Origin: a virus
Lineage: Duplodnaviria; Caudoviricetes
IMG/VR virus record: IMGVR_UViG_3300030370_000147
Span: 1-55,854 of that record
Strand: one strand, 5' to 3'
Length of the DNA stretch: 55,854 nucleotides
Shown piece after piece: positions 1-8,646 of this stretch (its first letter is position 1; every line of letters begins with the position of its first letter). The notes below the pieces were generated by a model, which had not been told where the DNA came from, did not search any database, and saw nothing but the letters and a program-made list of their open reading frames with translations. The position numbers and the translations under genes were made by a program.

Positions 1-19
1 ATGTACAACCAAGCTGTAG

Positions 20-802
20 ATGCTAGACACAAAAGAAACGAAAGCCATGCCCAAAAGAATCAAGACCCGCCTGCCTAAGCGTATCGCATGGTATGAAGGC
101 GAGGTTCTGCACGTCATCCGCCTCGGCAAGACGAGCAATGACAAGATCGCAGAAGACTGGATGCAAGTCCTGCAGACGTACCACTTCGACCTACGTCAGT
201 TTGCCCTCGTGCGCTCACACCTCGACGGCAAGGGCAAGCACAGTATGAAGCAGTTCTTCGACCTCGATGCGGCGAACTGCCTCGACTGCCCGCTGTCCAA
301 CAACTCTGGCAACGGCAAGTGCTACACCCACAAGCTACGGCAGTACACGGGTATGCTATCCATGCTCAAGTCCCTGTGCAATGAGGATGTCTACGAAGGC
401 ATCAATCCAATGCAACGTGCTGCCCTCATGAAGATGGCAGAGCGTGCGGACTTCATCCGCTTCGGCACATACGGTGAGCCATCCCTGCTCGACATCGGAC
501 TTGTCGGTGACATCGTGCTGTCCAAGCGCGATAAGGTGCAGTGGACGGGGTACACCCACCAGGCACGCAAGCCATGGGCACAGGCATACAAGGCATACTT
601 CATGGCCTCGGCGCACTCCGACAAAGATGCCGCATCTATCACAGGGTGGCGCTCGTTCGTATGCACCGACCCTGACGACACTTCGACAGCGGTGCAATGC
701 CCTGCCTCCAAGGAACTCAGCGTCACCAACTGCGCAAGGTGCGGGCTATGCTCAGGTATCACGGGCAAAGGAGACAAGAACGTCAAAACCCTAATCCACT
801 AA
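20..802 (+). CDS. Cys-rich putative Fe-S protein, Gp88-like/radical-SAM-related phage family
   Basis: 260 aa; CLDCPL-x7-CY, RFGTYGEP, WTGYTHQ, FMAS and C-terminal CPAS-x7-CARCGLC motifs; no canonical CxxxCxxC. Confidence 0.45.
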   Translation: MLDTKETKAMPKRIKTRLPKRIAWYEGEVLHVIRLGKTSNDKIAEDWMQVLQTYHFDLRQFALVRSHLDGKGKHSMKQFFDLDAANCLDCPLSNNSGNGKCYTHKLRQYTGMLSMLKSLCNEDVYEGINPMQRAALMKMAERADFIRFGTYGEPSLLDIGLVGDIVLSKRDKVQWTGYTHQARKPWAQAYKAYFMASAHSDKDAASITGWRSFVCTDPDDTSTAVQCPASKELSVTNCARCGLCSGITGKGDKNVKTLIH

Positions 803-805
803 CAC

Positions 806-1153
806 ATGAGAGACAAAGTCCTTAACATCCTTCGGGATGTCCGCATGATTAATAGCAAGGAGGGAACCTTGAGCACCGAAGAACTGCTCGCAGAGATTGA
901 GACCAATGCCATGGCCGCCTTGCATGGTGACAAGGTCATGATTCCAAGCAAGCTGTTTGGCAATATCACCATACCCCATAAGGTCATTGACTCCATGAGC
1001 AATGGCGACGACGACCTGTGGTTCGGCGTGAGTAAGTACATCGATATCAACATATCCTACTGTGGTGAGCCAGAGCATTGGCAGTACATCATCTACCCTG
1101 TCAAGAACGGAGAAATCGACACATCTACAGAACTTGAAGTAGGTAAGCTATGA
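806..1153 (+). CDS. hypothetical early protein
   Basis: 115-aa ORF starting 3 nt after the previous stop. Confidence 0.7.
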   Translation: MRDKVLNILRDVRMINSKEGTLSTEELLAEIETNAMAALHGDKVMIPSKLFGNITIPHKVIDSMSNGDDDLWFGVSKYIDINISYCGEPEHWQYIIYPVKNGEIDTSTELEVGKL

Positions 1154-1326
1154 ACATGAAATACTGTGTCCCCAAGCCGTATAGACTTTTATATACCAAT
1201 CATTTTGGCGTAGTTGGTGTCATATCATACGCTAATAGCGAAGCGCATTTACAACACATTTTGACTGCAATCTGCGCCCGCAAAAAATTGAACATGGATA
1301 AAGTCCAACTGCAAGAAATCAAATAG
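1150..1326 (+). CDS. small hypothetical protein (58 aa, absent from ORF track)
   Basis: ATGA overlap with previous stop; MNMKYCVPKPYRLLYTNHFG...QLQEIK*. Confidence 0.55.
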   Translation: MNMKYCVPKPYRLLYTNHFGVVGVISYANSEAHLQHILTAICARKKLNMDKVQLQEIK

Positions 1327-1364
1327 AAAAGTTATGACAGTATATATCGTCATCGCCTAACAAC

Positions 1365-1622
1365 ATGACTGAACAACAAAAGAAAGAAGCCGACATCAGG
1401 CTAGTCATAGCCTACACATGGAGCCAAATAGGCAGAGTCATAGACTTCTCCTTCTCCATGTGCGTCATCGTGGAGATGCTCGCCACCCAATTCGTGATGG
1501 ACCATCAACTGCCTGATGAAGAGTATGGCATTGGTGAAGATCGAGAGATGGATTGGGATGAACACGTAGAAAAATTCATGCTAAAAGGATTACATGACAA
1601 AGGTGTACCAGTAAACAGATAA
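1365..1622 (+). CDS. hypothetical early protein
   Basis: 85-aa ORF with A-rich leader, co-oriented with neighbours. Confidence 0.7.
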   Translation: MTEQQKKEADIRLVIAYTWSQIGRVIDFSFSMCVIVEMLATQFVMDHQLPDEEYGIGEDREMDWDEHVEKFMLKGLHDKGVPVNR

Positions 1623-1625
1623 ACC

Positions 1626-1937
1626 ATGAGTAAAGAAACTCCCCGACTCCCTAAGCTGGAGTATTTCAAACTGCGCCTAGCTCAAGCAGAAGCTAGAGGT
1701 GACAAGCGCAAGGCAAGGTATTATGAAGGCCGCATCAGTGAGATGACGGAAGAGAAGTCACGATCGCTTACCAAGCAAGAAGCAGAAGACTTGTTCCTTC
1801 GAGCCACCGCAGCAATGAACCAGCACCTGAACCTACAGAAGCTGTTGATGGTGCCGATGTCAGATGACTTGAAGCAGTGTGCTGCTGCCTTGCACGAACT
1901 CAAAGACTATTTCACCCCCCGAAGAGACAAATCATGA
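1626..1937 (+). CDS. hypothetical early protein
   Basis: 103-aa helical-looking ORF, tightly packed. Confidence 0.7.
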   Translation: MSKETPRLPKLEYFKLRLAQAEARGDKRKARYYEGRISEMTEEKSRSLTKQEAEDLFLRATAAMNQHLNLQKLLMVPMSDDLKQCAAALHELKDYFTPRRDKS

Positions 1938-2401
1938 AGAGAGGAAGAAGAACAGACCGCGTGGCTCAGGCCATTGGAGAAGCAATGACGTATGGTAATT
2001 GCATCATGACCTTTGATATGCTACACAACTTTGCATCGTCAGGATATTACTACATACCCTATGACCGAGAGGGTGAATATCTAGGCCTGCCGCCACGAGA
2101 GTCCATCTTTCAGGAAGTAGCGCAGATGCAGACACAGCTGATGCTAAAGGGTGAGCTGGAAAGTGAGTACGCCATCTTGTTTACAAGCCGCCTGGGTACA
2201 TTGCCCAACGCACTCATCAAGGACATGGATGTACGGAGTATCCGAGTGCAGCTCATACGATTCTGCTCGAAGTTTCCTTGGGAACTTGACAAACTCAAGA
2301 AAGACTACTTACGTAGTGCGGATGGTCAGGGTAACATCTATGAGTACAATGATGGAGAAATCACCACCATTGATTGGGACTACGGAGACATGCACGTGTG
2401 A
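1934..2401 (+). CDS. hypothetical early protein
   Basis: Start moved to ATG 1934 (ATGA overlap with upstream stop). Confidence 0.7.
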   Translation: MKRGRRTDRVAQAIGEAMTYGNCIMTFDMLHNFASSGYYYIPYDREGEYLGLPPRESIFQEVAQMQTQLMLKGELESEYAILFTSRLGTLPNALIKDMDVRSIRVQLIRFCSKFPWELDKLKKDYLRSADGQGNIYEYNDGEITTIDWDYGDMHV

Positions 2402-2592
2402 TGCCTTACTACATATACAACTTCGAAGAAGGCGGTTGGAACTCTAGCCAAGCTGCCAACATCCGATCTGCTCGTAAGAAAGAGAGGGAACGCTGGAAGG
2501 ACTCACCCAACCTCACCATCAAGGAAGATTCCTTCAAGAAGGTGACCTCAAAAGAGCTGTTAGAAATTTACGCAAGCACTTCACAACTATGA
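2401..2592 (+). CDS. hypothetical protein
   Basis: TGATG coupling; MPYYIYNFEEGGWNS... Confidence 0.65.
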   Translation: MPYYIYNFEEGGWNSSQAANIRSARKKERERWKDSPNLTIKEDSFKKVTSKELLEIYASTSQL

Positions 2593-2852
2593 GCTACTAC
2601 ATAACAACGAAGACAGACATGCTCAGCAAAGAGCAACGAAAACAGTACCAGCGCATCAGCGATGTACTCGAAGAGCATGAGGAATTGGTAGGTGACATCT
2701 GGGATGCACTCGACCATGACGTTACCGACACGCTGCCTGATGACGGCACGGAGATGGAGAACTTTGTCAACGACCTCAAGACATTCGTCTTCGGGTGGGT
2801 GATGGGAGAGAAGATGAACGGCATCGAGGCCAGGATACGAAAAGCGAAATGA
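2589..2852 (+). CDS. acidic hypothetical protein
   Basis: ATGA coupling at both ends. Confidence 0.7.
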   Translation: MSYYITTKTDMLSKEQRKQYQRISDVLEEHEELVGDIWDALDHDVTDTLPDDGTEMENFVNDLKTFVFGWVMGEKMNGIEARIRKAK

Positions 2853-3097
2853 GTATTTGGAAACAAGAGCGCATCGACGGAGTAGTCCGTGAGATTGAGC
2901 GCAAGAGCCTGCAAGACATTGCAATCATTATCCTTGAAGAGCGATTCGACAGGAGGGTCAAGGGGTATGAAGCCGAATGGCTCGACACCCTCGCCACGAC
3001 ACTTCGCAATGGCGACTCCTTCAACGAGGTCGAGATGTGCGACGAGATGTTCCGTACCCCGAAGAGAGAACTCACTAAACGATACAAGAACGAATGA
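2849..3097 (+). CDS. hypothetical protein
   Basis: Start moved to ATG 2849 (ATGA overlap). Confidence 0.7.
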   Translation: MSIWKQERIDGVVREIERKSLQDIAIIILEERFDRRVKGYEAEWLDTLATTLRNGDSFNEVEMCDEMFRTPKRELTKRYKNE

Positions 3098-3789
3098 GAT
3101 TACCTAATTTACATGAGACCCCTCACTACTTCATCCTACAATCGATTGGAGGGATGTACGAGGGCTACTCGGAGACCAACTGTGACCGCATCTCAGATAA
3201 GGAATCCCCTGAGCACGCAAAGGCTATGGTTGAGGACTACGTAGACCAGTGGATGCATAGCATGGTGGAGTACTACACGAACCTCGCAGAGGAGATGATG
3301 GTCCCCATGAAGGATGTCAAGTTCAAGCACACAGAATGTCCTCACAAGTTCTGGCACAAGGTTGAAGTTGACCTCGGAGACTCGGACCCGCTAGACGAGT
3401 TCCAGTCAGCTCAAACGCTCTTCATCCAGACGTATCTCGGTAAGTCTATTGACCATCAGGTCGTAGTGTATGATCAAATGAATGACATAGTAGACATGGT
3501 CTGTGCCAAACATACAGCCATGCACCTGGCTGAGGAGACCATCTCCATCGACGCGCAGCGCATCAAGGCTCGGTTGCTCGACGACAAAAGCAAGTTGCTC
3601 GACACCACCTACTACGTCAACAACCTCATCTATTGCTACGACTCCCTCGCTGAGGTAGTGCGTGACCTTGAATCATCACACCCAGTAATGCTTGACATCG
3701 ACGACAGCTGCACCCACTACTTCCCTGCGGAGAGTGTGAAGAAGATGTTCTACGGCTGGAATAACGGCAAGATCGCAACACATCACTAA
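3094..3789 (+). CDS. acidic hypothetical protein
   Basis: 231-aa ORF, ATGA coupled. Confidence 0.75.
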   Translation: MRLPNLHETPHYFILQSIGGMYEGYSETNCDRISDKESPEHAKAMVEDYVDQWMHSMVEYYTNLAEEMMVPMKDVKFKHTECPHKFWHKVEVDLGDSDPLDEFQSAQTLFIQTYLGKSIDHQVVVYDQMNDIVDMVCAKHTAMHLAEETISIDAQRIKARLLDDKSKLLDTTYYVNNLIYCYDSLAEVVRDLESSHPVMLDIDDSCTHYFPAESVKKMFYGWNNGKIATHH

Positions 3790-3796
3790 TAATAAT

Positions 3797-4087
3797 ATGG
3801 CAGGATTCCTTACCCGCACCAAACACCTTGACAAGCACGTAGCAGAGCGAGTACGCCTCCGTGCCAAAGCCATCTCCGCTGATGCCAAGAGAGGCAACAA
3901 GCATCTTCCCCCAGGCGATAGGTATGGAGACATAGACGGCCCACCTATGCGTGAGTTGGCAAGCAAGTTCTCCAAGCACGAGGACACGGAGGCCATCAGC
4001 AAGTGGCTGAGGGAGCAAGACACTGCGTTCCGAGACTATGTACCACGCATGGTCTTCCAAATTCTTAAGGACAACACCTATGAGTAA
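3797..4087 (+). CDS. hypothetical protein
   Basis: 96-aa ORF after AT-rich spacer. Confidence 0.65.
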   Translation: MAGFLTRTKHLDKHVAERVRLRAKAISADAKRGNKHLPPGDRYGDIDGPPMRELASKFSKHEDTEAISKWLREQDTAFRDYVPRMVFQILKDNTYE

Positions 4088-4418
4088 GATAAAACAGAGT
4101 GTAGGTTGCGGCCAGTGTGGCCACCCGACAGGCCCAGCAGGATGCACTGGTGCTTGCTTCAACAGCAACCTACCCGTCACCCCAATCCGTCCTGATGAGC
4201 TAACATACAGTGATGTCAGAGCAGAAGAAAAACCCGACACATCTTCTGTGTCCAAGGCACAACTTGATGATCTATGGGCTCAGGTAGAGTACATGACCGA
4301 ACAACTTAAAGACGACCCGACTAACCAAGGCTTGGCTAAGTTGCTGAGCAATACAGTTGCCACGTATAACGCAAAACTCAAACAGTATGACAGCCAAAGT
4401 AGACCCTGGACAGAATGA
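4080..4418 (+). CDS. hypothetical protein with N-terminal Cys cluster (possible Zn finger)
   Basis: Start at ATG 4080; CGQCGH-x6-CTGAC. Confidence 0.6.
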   Translation: MSKIKQSVGCGQCGHPTGPAGCTGACFNSNLPVTPIRPDELTYSDVRAEEKPDTSSVSKAQLDDLWAQVEYMTEQLKDDPTNQGLAKLLSNTVATYNAKLKQYDSQSRPWTE

Positions 4419-4692
4419 AGTAGACAAGACCGCACCCTTCTGGGCTGCGCTTGAAGATGAAAACGCGCCAACAATTATTGTAGATGGAGTGAAGATGAAG
4501 CACGCTGTGTGGAATCTACTGATCCACCTAAGAGACATGAGGATGTACTGTGGGCCCATTAGTATGAAGCCTCACAGGAATTGGAAGATCAGCACCGTCA
4601 AGAAATACTATGGTCTCAAAGGTGGCAAGCATAAAATCCATGACAGCCTTCGCCATATCTACAAGGAACTTCGTGAGAAAAACAAAAAATAA
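4387..4692 (+). CDS. basic hypothetical protein
   Basis: Likely ATG 4387; KPHRNWKISTVKKYYGLKG. Confidence 0.65.
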   Translation: MTAKVDPGQNEVDKTAPFWAALEDENAPTIIVDGVKMKHAVWNLLIHLRDMRMYCGPISMKPHRNWKISTVKKYYGLKGGKHKIHDSLRHIYKELREKNKK

Positions 4693-4725
4693 TTTGCAGG
4701 TATCGACAATTACCCTATAAGTTTG
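4693..4725 (+). promoter_or_regulatory. Bacteroidota primary-sigma promoter (-33 TTTG, -7 TAAGTTTG)
   Basis: TTTG 4693-4696, 21-nt spacer, TAAGTTTG 4718-4725; matches the established TTTG-N19-21-TAnnTTTG consensus. Confidence 0.75.
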
Positions 4726-4747
4726 CGACAAACAATTGACATGAGCG

Positions 4748-4831
4748 ATGGAAGATCTTGACTTCACAGCAATTGGATGGGCAGGAATATTTCTGTGCCT
4801 CCTTGCCCTCATGGTAATGAAATTAATATGA
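4748..4831 (+). CDS. 27-aa single-TM micropeptide (absent from ORF track)
   Basis: MEDLDFTAIGWAGIFLCLLALMVMKLI*; follows promoter, ATGA-coupled to next gene. Confidence 0.55.
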   Translation: MEDLDFTAIGWAGIFLCLLALMVMKLI

Positions 4832-5310
4832 AAGAAAAAAAGTACAAGGTGCGATTCCACCTTGCCGCTGGCCCTAACTATCAACGATGGCAAGTGCGGC
4901 ATGGTGATGACGTAAAATACTACGACCCTGAAGATGTCACTTTAGATATGTACGGGTGCCAGCTGCGTAACCAAGCTAAAACAGCAGAGGGTATTTACTT
5001 AGGTAAGAGTAAGACAGTATGTGCATGGGTGCAGTGCGATCACCTGGAGGTGAAGGCCCGCCATGAGCACACCCTACCTGACCCCAAGGGATTTGTTGCC
5101 GTCCAATACAACCCACGGAAGGCACCTCATTGGTTCAGGGATAACTACAAAAACAACGTCGATAACATGAGGTACTTGTGCCTCACAACCATAGGTCGTC
5201 TCATTGTAATACCAGATATTCATGAAGAGTGGAAGCTTCAACAAGCATCTCGAAAAACTACACAGCCAAGCGAGGTCGTGCAGAGTGAGGATCATAGCAC
5301 AAACAAGTGA
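4828..5310 (+). CDS. hypothetical phage protein
   Basis: Start moved to ATG 4828; KVRFHL...VCAWV...YNPRKAPHW. Confidence 0.7.
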   Translation: MKEKKYKVRFHLAAGPNYQRWQVRHGDDVKYYDPEDVTLDMYGCQLRNQAKTAEGIYLGKSKTVCAWVQCDHLEVKARHEHTLPDPKGFVAVQYNPRKAPHWFRDNYKNNVDNMRYLCLTTIGRLIVIPDIHEEWKLQQASRKTTQPSEVVQSEDHSTNK

Positions 5311-5317
5311 AATAAGT

Positions 5318-5824
5318 ATGTCTAAAACAGAAACCGTTATTGCAAACGTTGTTATGAACTCTGTGTGTTCAGTGTTCATGGTGTCCCCCTCGGATCTCAA
5401 GGGCTCATCACGCCACAGCAGTATCATAACCGCACGCCATGCATATGTTATGCTGCGCAGCCAACTAAGTTCCCCCACCTACACTCAAATAGGATCCGAG
5501 CTGAATGGTCGCAGTCATAGCACAGTAATATCCAGCCTTCGCAAGAGCAACGAGCTCCTTGAATCCGACAAGGTCTTTGGCTTGCAGTGCAAGACAGTCA
5601 TGGATCAGTTGGTTGACTCTGATAACGTGGTCGTCAGGAGTCTGGCACGAGCGACACAGGAGAATGGAGAGTCAGACTTAGAGAAGGCAGCGGCAGCCCG
5701 CAAGCTGATGAGAGAGTTCCTCACCACCTTCGAGGGCTTCATTCAAGGCCACTCACCTTCAGTTGTACTCAAGAAACTACATGGCATCAGAGAAGAAGCT
5801 ATTGATGCAAACCTGAATGACTAA
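5318..5824 (+). CDS. DnaA C-terminal (domain IV) HTH-like DNA-binding protein
   Basis: DLKGSSRHSSIITARH...TYTQIGSELNGRSHSTVISSLRK matches the DnaA domain IV pattern (ARQ...IG..F.GRDHTTV). Confidence 0.75.
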   Translation: MSKTETVIANVVMNSVCSVFMVSPSDLKGSSRHSSIITARHAYVMLRSQLSSPTYTQIGSELNGRSHSTVISSLRKSNELLESDKVFGLQCKTVMDQLVDSDNVVVRSLARATQENGESDLEKAAAARKLMREFLTTFEGFIQGHSPSVVLKKLHGIREEAIDANLND

Positions 5825-5845
5825 AACCCAAACCCCAAACCTAAA

Positions 5846-6241
5846 ATGAGTTTATCCCAAAAGTCTTGGACATCCCATGAATTGGCTGTTGTCCACCATC
5901 ACCTTGCTGATATCCTAGAGGAGAGTAACGGTGGTGTGTCCTCCACGTCCCCAACCCTACTCCGCTTGCACGAGATGCTCCCTGACCGCAGCTTCAGTGC
6001 AGTATCCAACAAGGTTCGTGTAGAGATGGTACGCAAAGGCTTAGTGCAGCCTAAAACAAAACAGATCGAATCGCTGAAGCAACAGCTTGAGCTAATGAAT
6101 TCAGATGAGACTCTGCCAGTACTCGTGTTGCCTGACGCTGAGAAGCAGCAGGTCAATCATGGATCCATCGTGTCGGTCCCTTTGAAAAAACTGTACGGCA
6201 AAGTAGACTATGAAACATTTATGTCCCTGATCAATGAGTGA
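5846..6241 (+). CDS. hypothetical protein, possible Myb/HTH-like N-terminus
   Basis: WTSHE...LPDRSFSAVSNK pattern. Confidence 0.6.
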   Translation: MSLSQKSWTSHELAVVHHHLADILEESNGGVSSTSPTLLRLHEMLPDRSFSAVSNKVRVEMVRKGLVQPKTKQIESLKQQLELMNSDETLPVLVLPDAEKQQVNHGSIVSVPLKKLYGKVDYETFMSLINE

Positions 6242-6887
6242 ACCTAAGAAACCACGTGCGCCACGCACGACGACCTCTGTGTATACGCGCCTCAATAAAA
6301 TTGATGTTCGCCCTCGTGTAAGAAAGAAAGGTAAAGTTGAGTACATATCCTGGGCGGACGCGTGGCACATGCTGATGACTGAGTTCCCTGACTCAACTAG
6401 GCAGGTGTACAAGGATGAATCGACAGGCCTCAACTTCTTTACCGATGGACGCACTGCCTATGTGGAGGTGGGTGTTACAGTGAAGGGGACCGAGCATGTC
6501 GTAGACCTACCTGTTATGGACTTCCGTAACAACTCTATCCCCATCGACAAGATGAACAGCTTCGACGTCAACAAGACAGTCCAACGTGCTATGGTAAAAG
6601 CCATAGCTATGCATGGGCTGGGCTTACAACTGTGGACCAAGGAGGATCTGTATGATGCGGATGACAAAGCTCCTGTGAAACAAGAAGCTGCACCTGCTGC
6701 TGCTCCTGCTAAGCATGCAGCTGTAGATACCAATGACCCAAGTGCCATTGTAGATGCGACGATCAACTACCTCAAGACTCTTCCGAACGTCACGGCTAAG
6801 GAAAAAACATCTCAGAGTATGATCAATAAGTACAAGGACAAGCTCTCTGAGCAAGACATTGAAAAGATTAAAAAGTTTGTACGATGA
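6234..6887 (+). CDS. sak: Sak-type single-strand annealing protein (DUF1071/Rad52-like)
   Basis: YISWADAW, LPVMDFRN, DVNKTVQRAMVKAIAMHGLGLQLW motifs. Confidence 0.85.
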   Translation: MSEPKKPRAPRTTTSVYTRLNKIDVRPRVRKKGKVEYISWADAWHMLMTEFPDSTRQVYKDESTGLNFFTDGRTAYVEVGVTVKGTEHVVDLPVMDFRNNSIPIDKMNSFDVNKTVQRAMVKAIAMHGLGLQLWTKEDLYDADDKAPVKQEAAPAAAPAKHAAVDTNDPSAIVDATINYLKTLPNVTAKEKTSQSMINKYKDKLSEQDIEKIKKFVR

Positions 6888-7663
6888 GCTTGAGAGAATT
6901 ATTACAAGAGAGATTCGGTAAGGGACACTTGTCGTACTCATCAATCAAGTATGCCCTCGGTGACATGCGGAAGTGGGAGATGTATATGCGTGGTGAGATG
7001 AAGAAAGAGTCTACGGCTTTGAACTTTGGATCGCTTTACGACTGTATGCTACTGACGCCTGACGAATTTGATAGTAGGTATATGATCCTGCACGAAGAGG
7101 ATGTCTTGGCTGCTTGCAGTAAGGAGACCCGTTCCAAGAGCAGGCCTACAGCAACCAAAGAGTACGGTCAGGTGGTCGCTATGCTGACAGAGGATAGTGG
7201 CAAAGAGCTTGTCAAGGCTAGTGATCACCAGGAGGCCCTGCAAATGATCGAGCGCCTAGGTAACGAGGGGTTGATAGATCAGTATCTGACAGGCGGACAG
7301 GCTCAGGTGGAGTTCAACGTTGATGTCCATGACGTACCCTTGAGAGGATTCTTAGACTATTTACATGACGATTATATCTTGGACAGCAAGACAGTCGGAA
7401 GGGAGTCATCTAAGTTTAAGTGGGATGTGCAGTCATGGAGCTATGACATCCAGGCATACATCTATATGCAGGTCTTCCCTCGTAATCAATTCCTATGGCT
7501 AATACAGGAGAAGTCAGCACCTTTCTTTCCTGCCGTAGTTACCTGTACCGAGCAGACCTTGTTCAATGGTGAGATGAAGTTTGAGGAGGCGCTTGACAAC
7601 ATCAAGACGTGGTTGTCAACAGAACCTAGTGAACAAAGAGGCCATGGACGATTCTCAGTTTGA
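6884..7663 (+). CDS. PD-(D/E)XK exonuclease, RecE/ExoVIII-like (DUF3799-type)
   Basis: LSYSSIK, ALNFGSLYD, LRGFLD, DSKT, YDIQAYIY, QEKSAPF; next to Sak. Confidence 0.8.
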   Translation: MSLRELLQERFGKGHLSYSSIKYALGDMRKWEMYMRGEMKKESTALNFGSLYDCMLLTPDEFDSRYMILHEEDVLAACSKETRSKSRPTATKEYGQVVAMLTEDSGKELVKASDHQEALQMIERLGNEGLIDQYLTGGQAQVEFNVDVHDVPLRGFLDYLHDDYILDSKTVGRESSKFKWDVQSWSYDIQAYIYMQVFPRNQFLWLIQEKSAPFFPAVVTCTEQTLFNGEMKFEEALDNIKTWLSTEPSEQRGHGRFSV

Positions 7664-7717
7664 CGTTTTGTTATACGTGATATTAATTACCTTGCTGTCA
7701 CTAAATTTTTTATAGCC

Positions 7718-8026
7718 ATGAGCGAAGAGATCAAGTCAGACAGTGTTCTGATGGGTTGGACTGACCCCCAAAAGCAAGATGAAGACGGGAGTTGCAAGTC
7801 TTGGAGAGTGAAGTTCAAAGCAGCTGAGTTGAAAGACATGCTTGAGAACTACGTCACCACTACTAATAAAGAGGGGCACGGTGGCAATGTGTATGTGACA
7901 CTCTTTGTATCTAAGTCTGGCAAGTCTTGCTGCAGAGTATGGGACCCGAACAGTGAGGGTGCCAAGGAGCAGCGAGATAAGGCTGCCTCAAAGAAGGCGT
8001 CACTGGCAGATGACCTGCCGTTCTAA
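7718..8026 (+). CDS. putative single-stranded DNA-binding protein
   Basis: Acidic C-terminal DDLPF tail; follows Sak and exonuclease. Confidence 0.65.
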   Translation: MSEEIKSDSVLMGWTDPQKQDEDGSCKSWRVKFKAAELKDMLENYVTTTNKEGHGGNVYVTLFVSKSGKSCCRVWDPNSEGAKEQRDKAASKKASLADDLPF

Positions 8027-8300
8027 AGCGACGATCTACCTCCTTGATCTGACGGTGCAGGTTAAAAAGAAACAGCACTTCAAGACCTTTAAATCATGGG
8101 CGGTGTCTTGCTTTACTGATCCCCTCGACATTATGAAATACGACAGCAAGACTGTCACTAGGTTGATGATAGAGGGTTATGGTAAGAGCAAGGTGAAGCA
8201 GCGCCTACTGAATATTAAAAGTGTCACAGTGGTAAAGGAGTTAGGGAAATCGCAGCAAACCTTGGATGACAAGAAGAGACCAGATAGTAGCAGCGACTAG
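8010..8300 (+). CDS. basic hypothetical protein
   Basis: Probable ATG 8010 overlapping the SSB end. Confidence 0.55.
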   Translation: MTCRSKATIYLLDLTVQVKKKQHFKTFKSWAVSCFTDPLDIMKYDSKTVTRLMIEGYGKSKVKQRLLNIKSVTVVKELGKSQQTLDDKKRPDSSSD

Positions 8301-8646
8301 CAAAGTTAGAGAGTTGCTCCTTGAAAAGAACGATGCTTACGGTGACAGTGCGCTGTCCCCTCTGAACATCTTTTCTTCCGCCAACGCCGAGTATGGGATA
8401 CGAAACCGTATTGACGATAAGCTTAAGCGCATAAAGAACGCTGGCTTAAATGATCATACGGAGGATACCCTACTCGACTTGGCGGGGTACATCATCCTGC
8501 TAATGATTGCACGGGATGAAGGTCACCATATTCAAGACAATATTCGAGACGAGCGACCCGAAGTATCGGGACCTGTCAGTCATACTGAACAGGATTCGGG
8601 ATGGGGCGTCTCGTATGACCGTGGAAGCGGTACGACAGGGGAATAA
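8266..8646 (+). CDS. nucleotide-modification-associated domain protein (Nmad1/DUF1599-like)
   Basis: LLEKNDAYGDS...RIDDKLKRI...EDTLLDLAGYIIL signature. Confidence 0.75.
   Translation: MTRRDQIVAATSKVRELLLEKNDAYGDSALSPLNIFSSANAEYGIRNRIDDKLKRIKNAGLNDHTEDTLLDLAGYIILLMIARDEGHHIQDNIRDERPEVSGPVSHTEQDSGWGVSYDRGSGTTGE

Noticed and set aside
5822-5845. AAACCC mini-repeats as replication-origin iterons
   Set aside because: Only ~24 nt, directly before an ATG; consistent with an unstructured A-rich Bacteroidota translation leader
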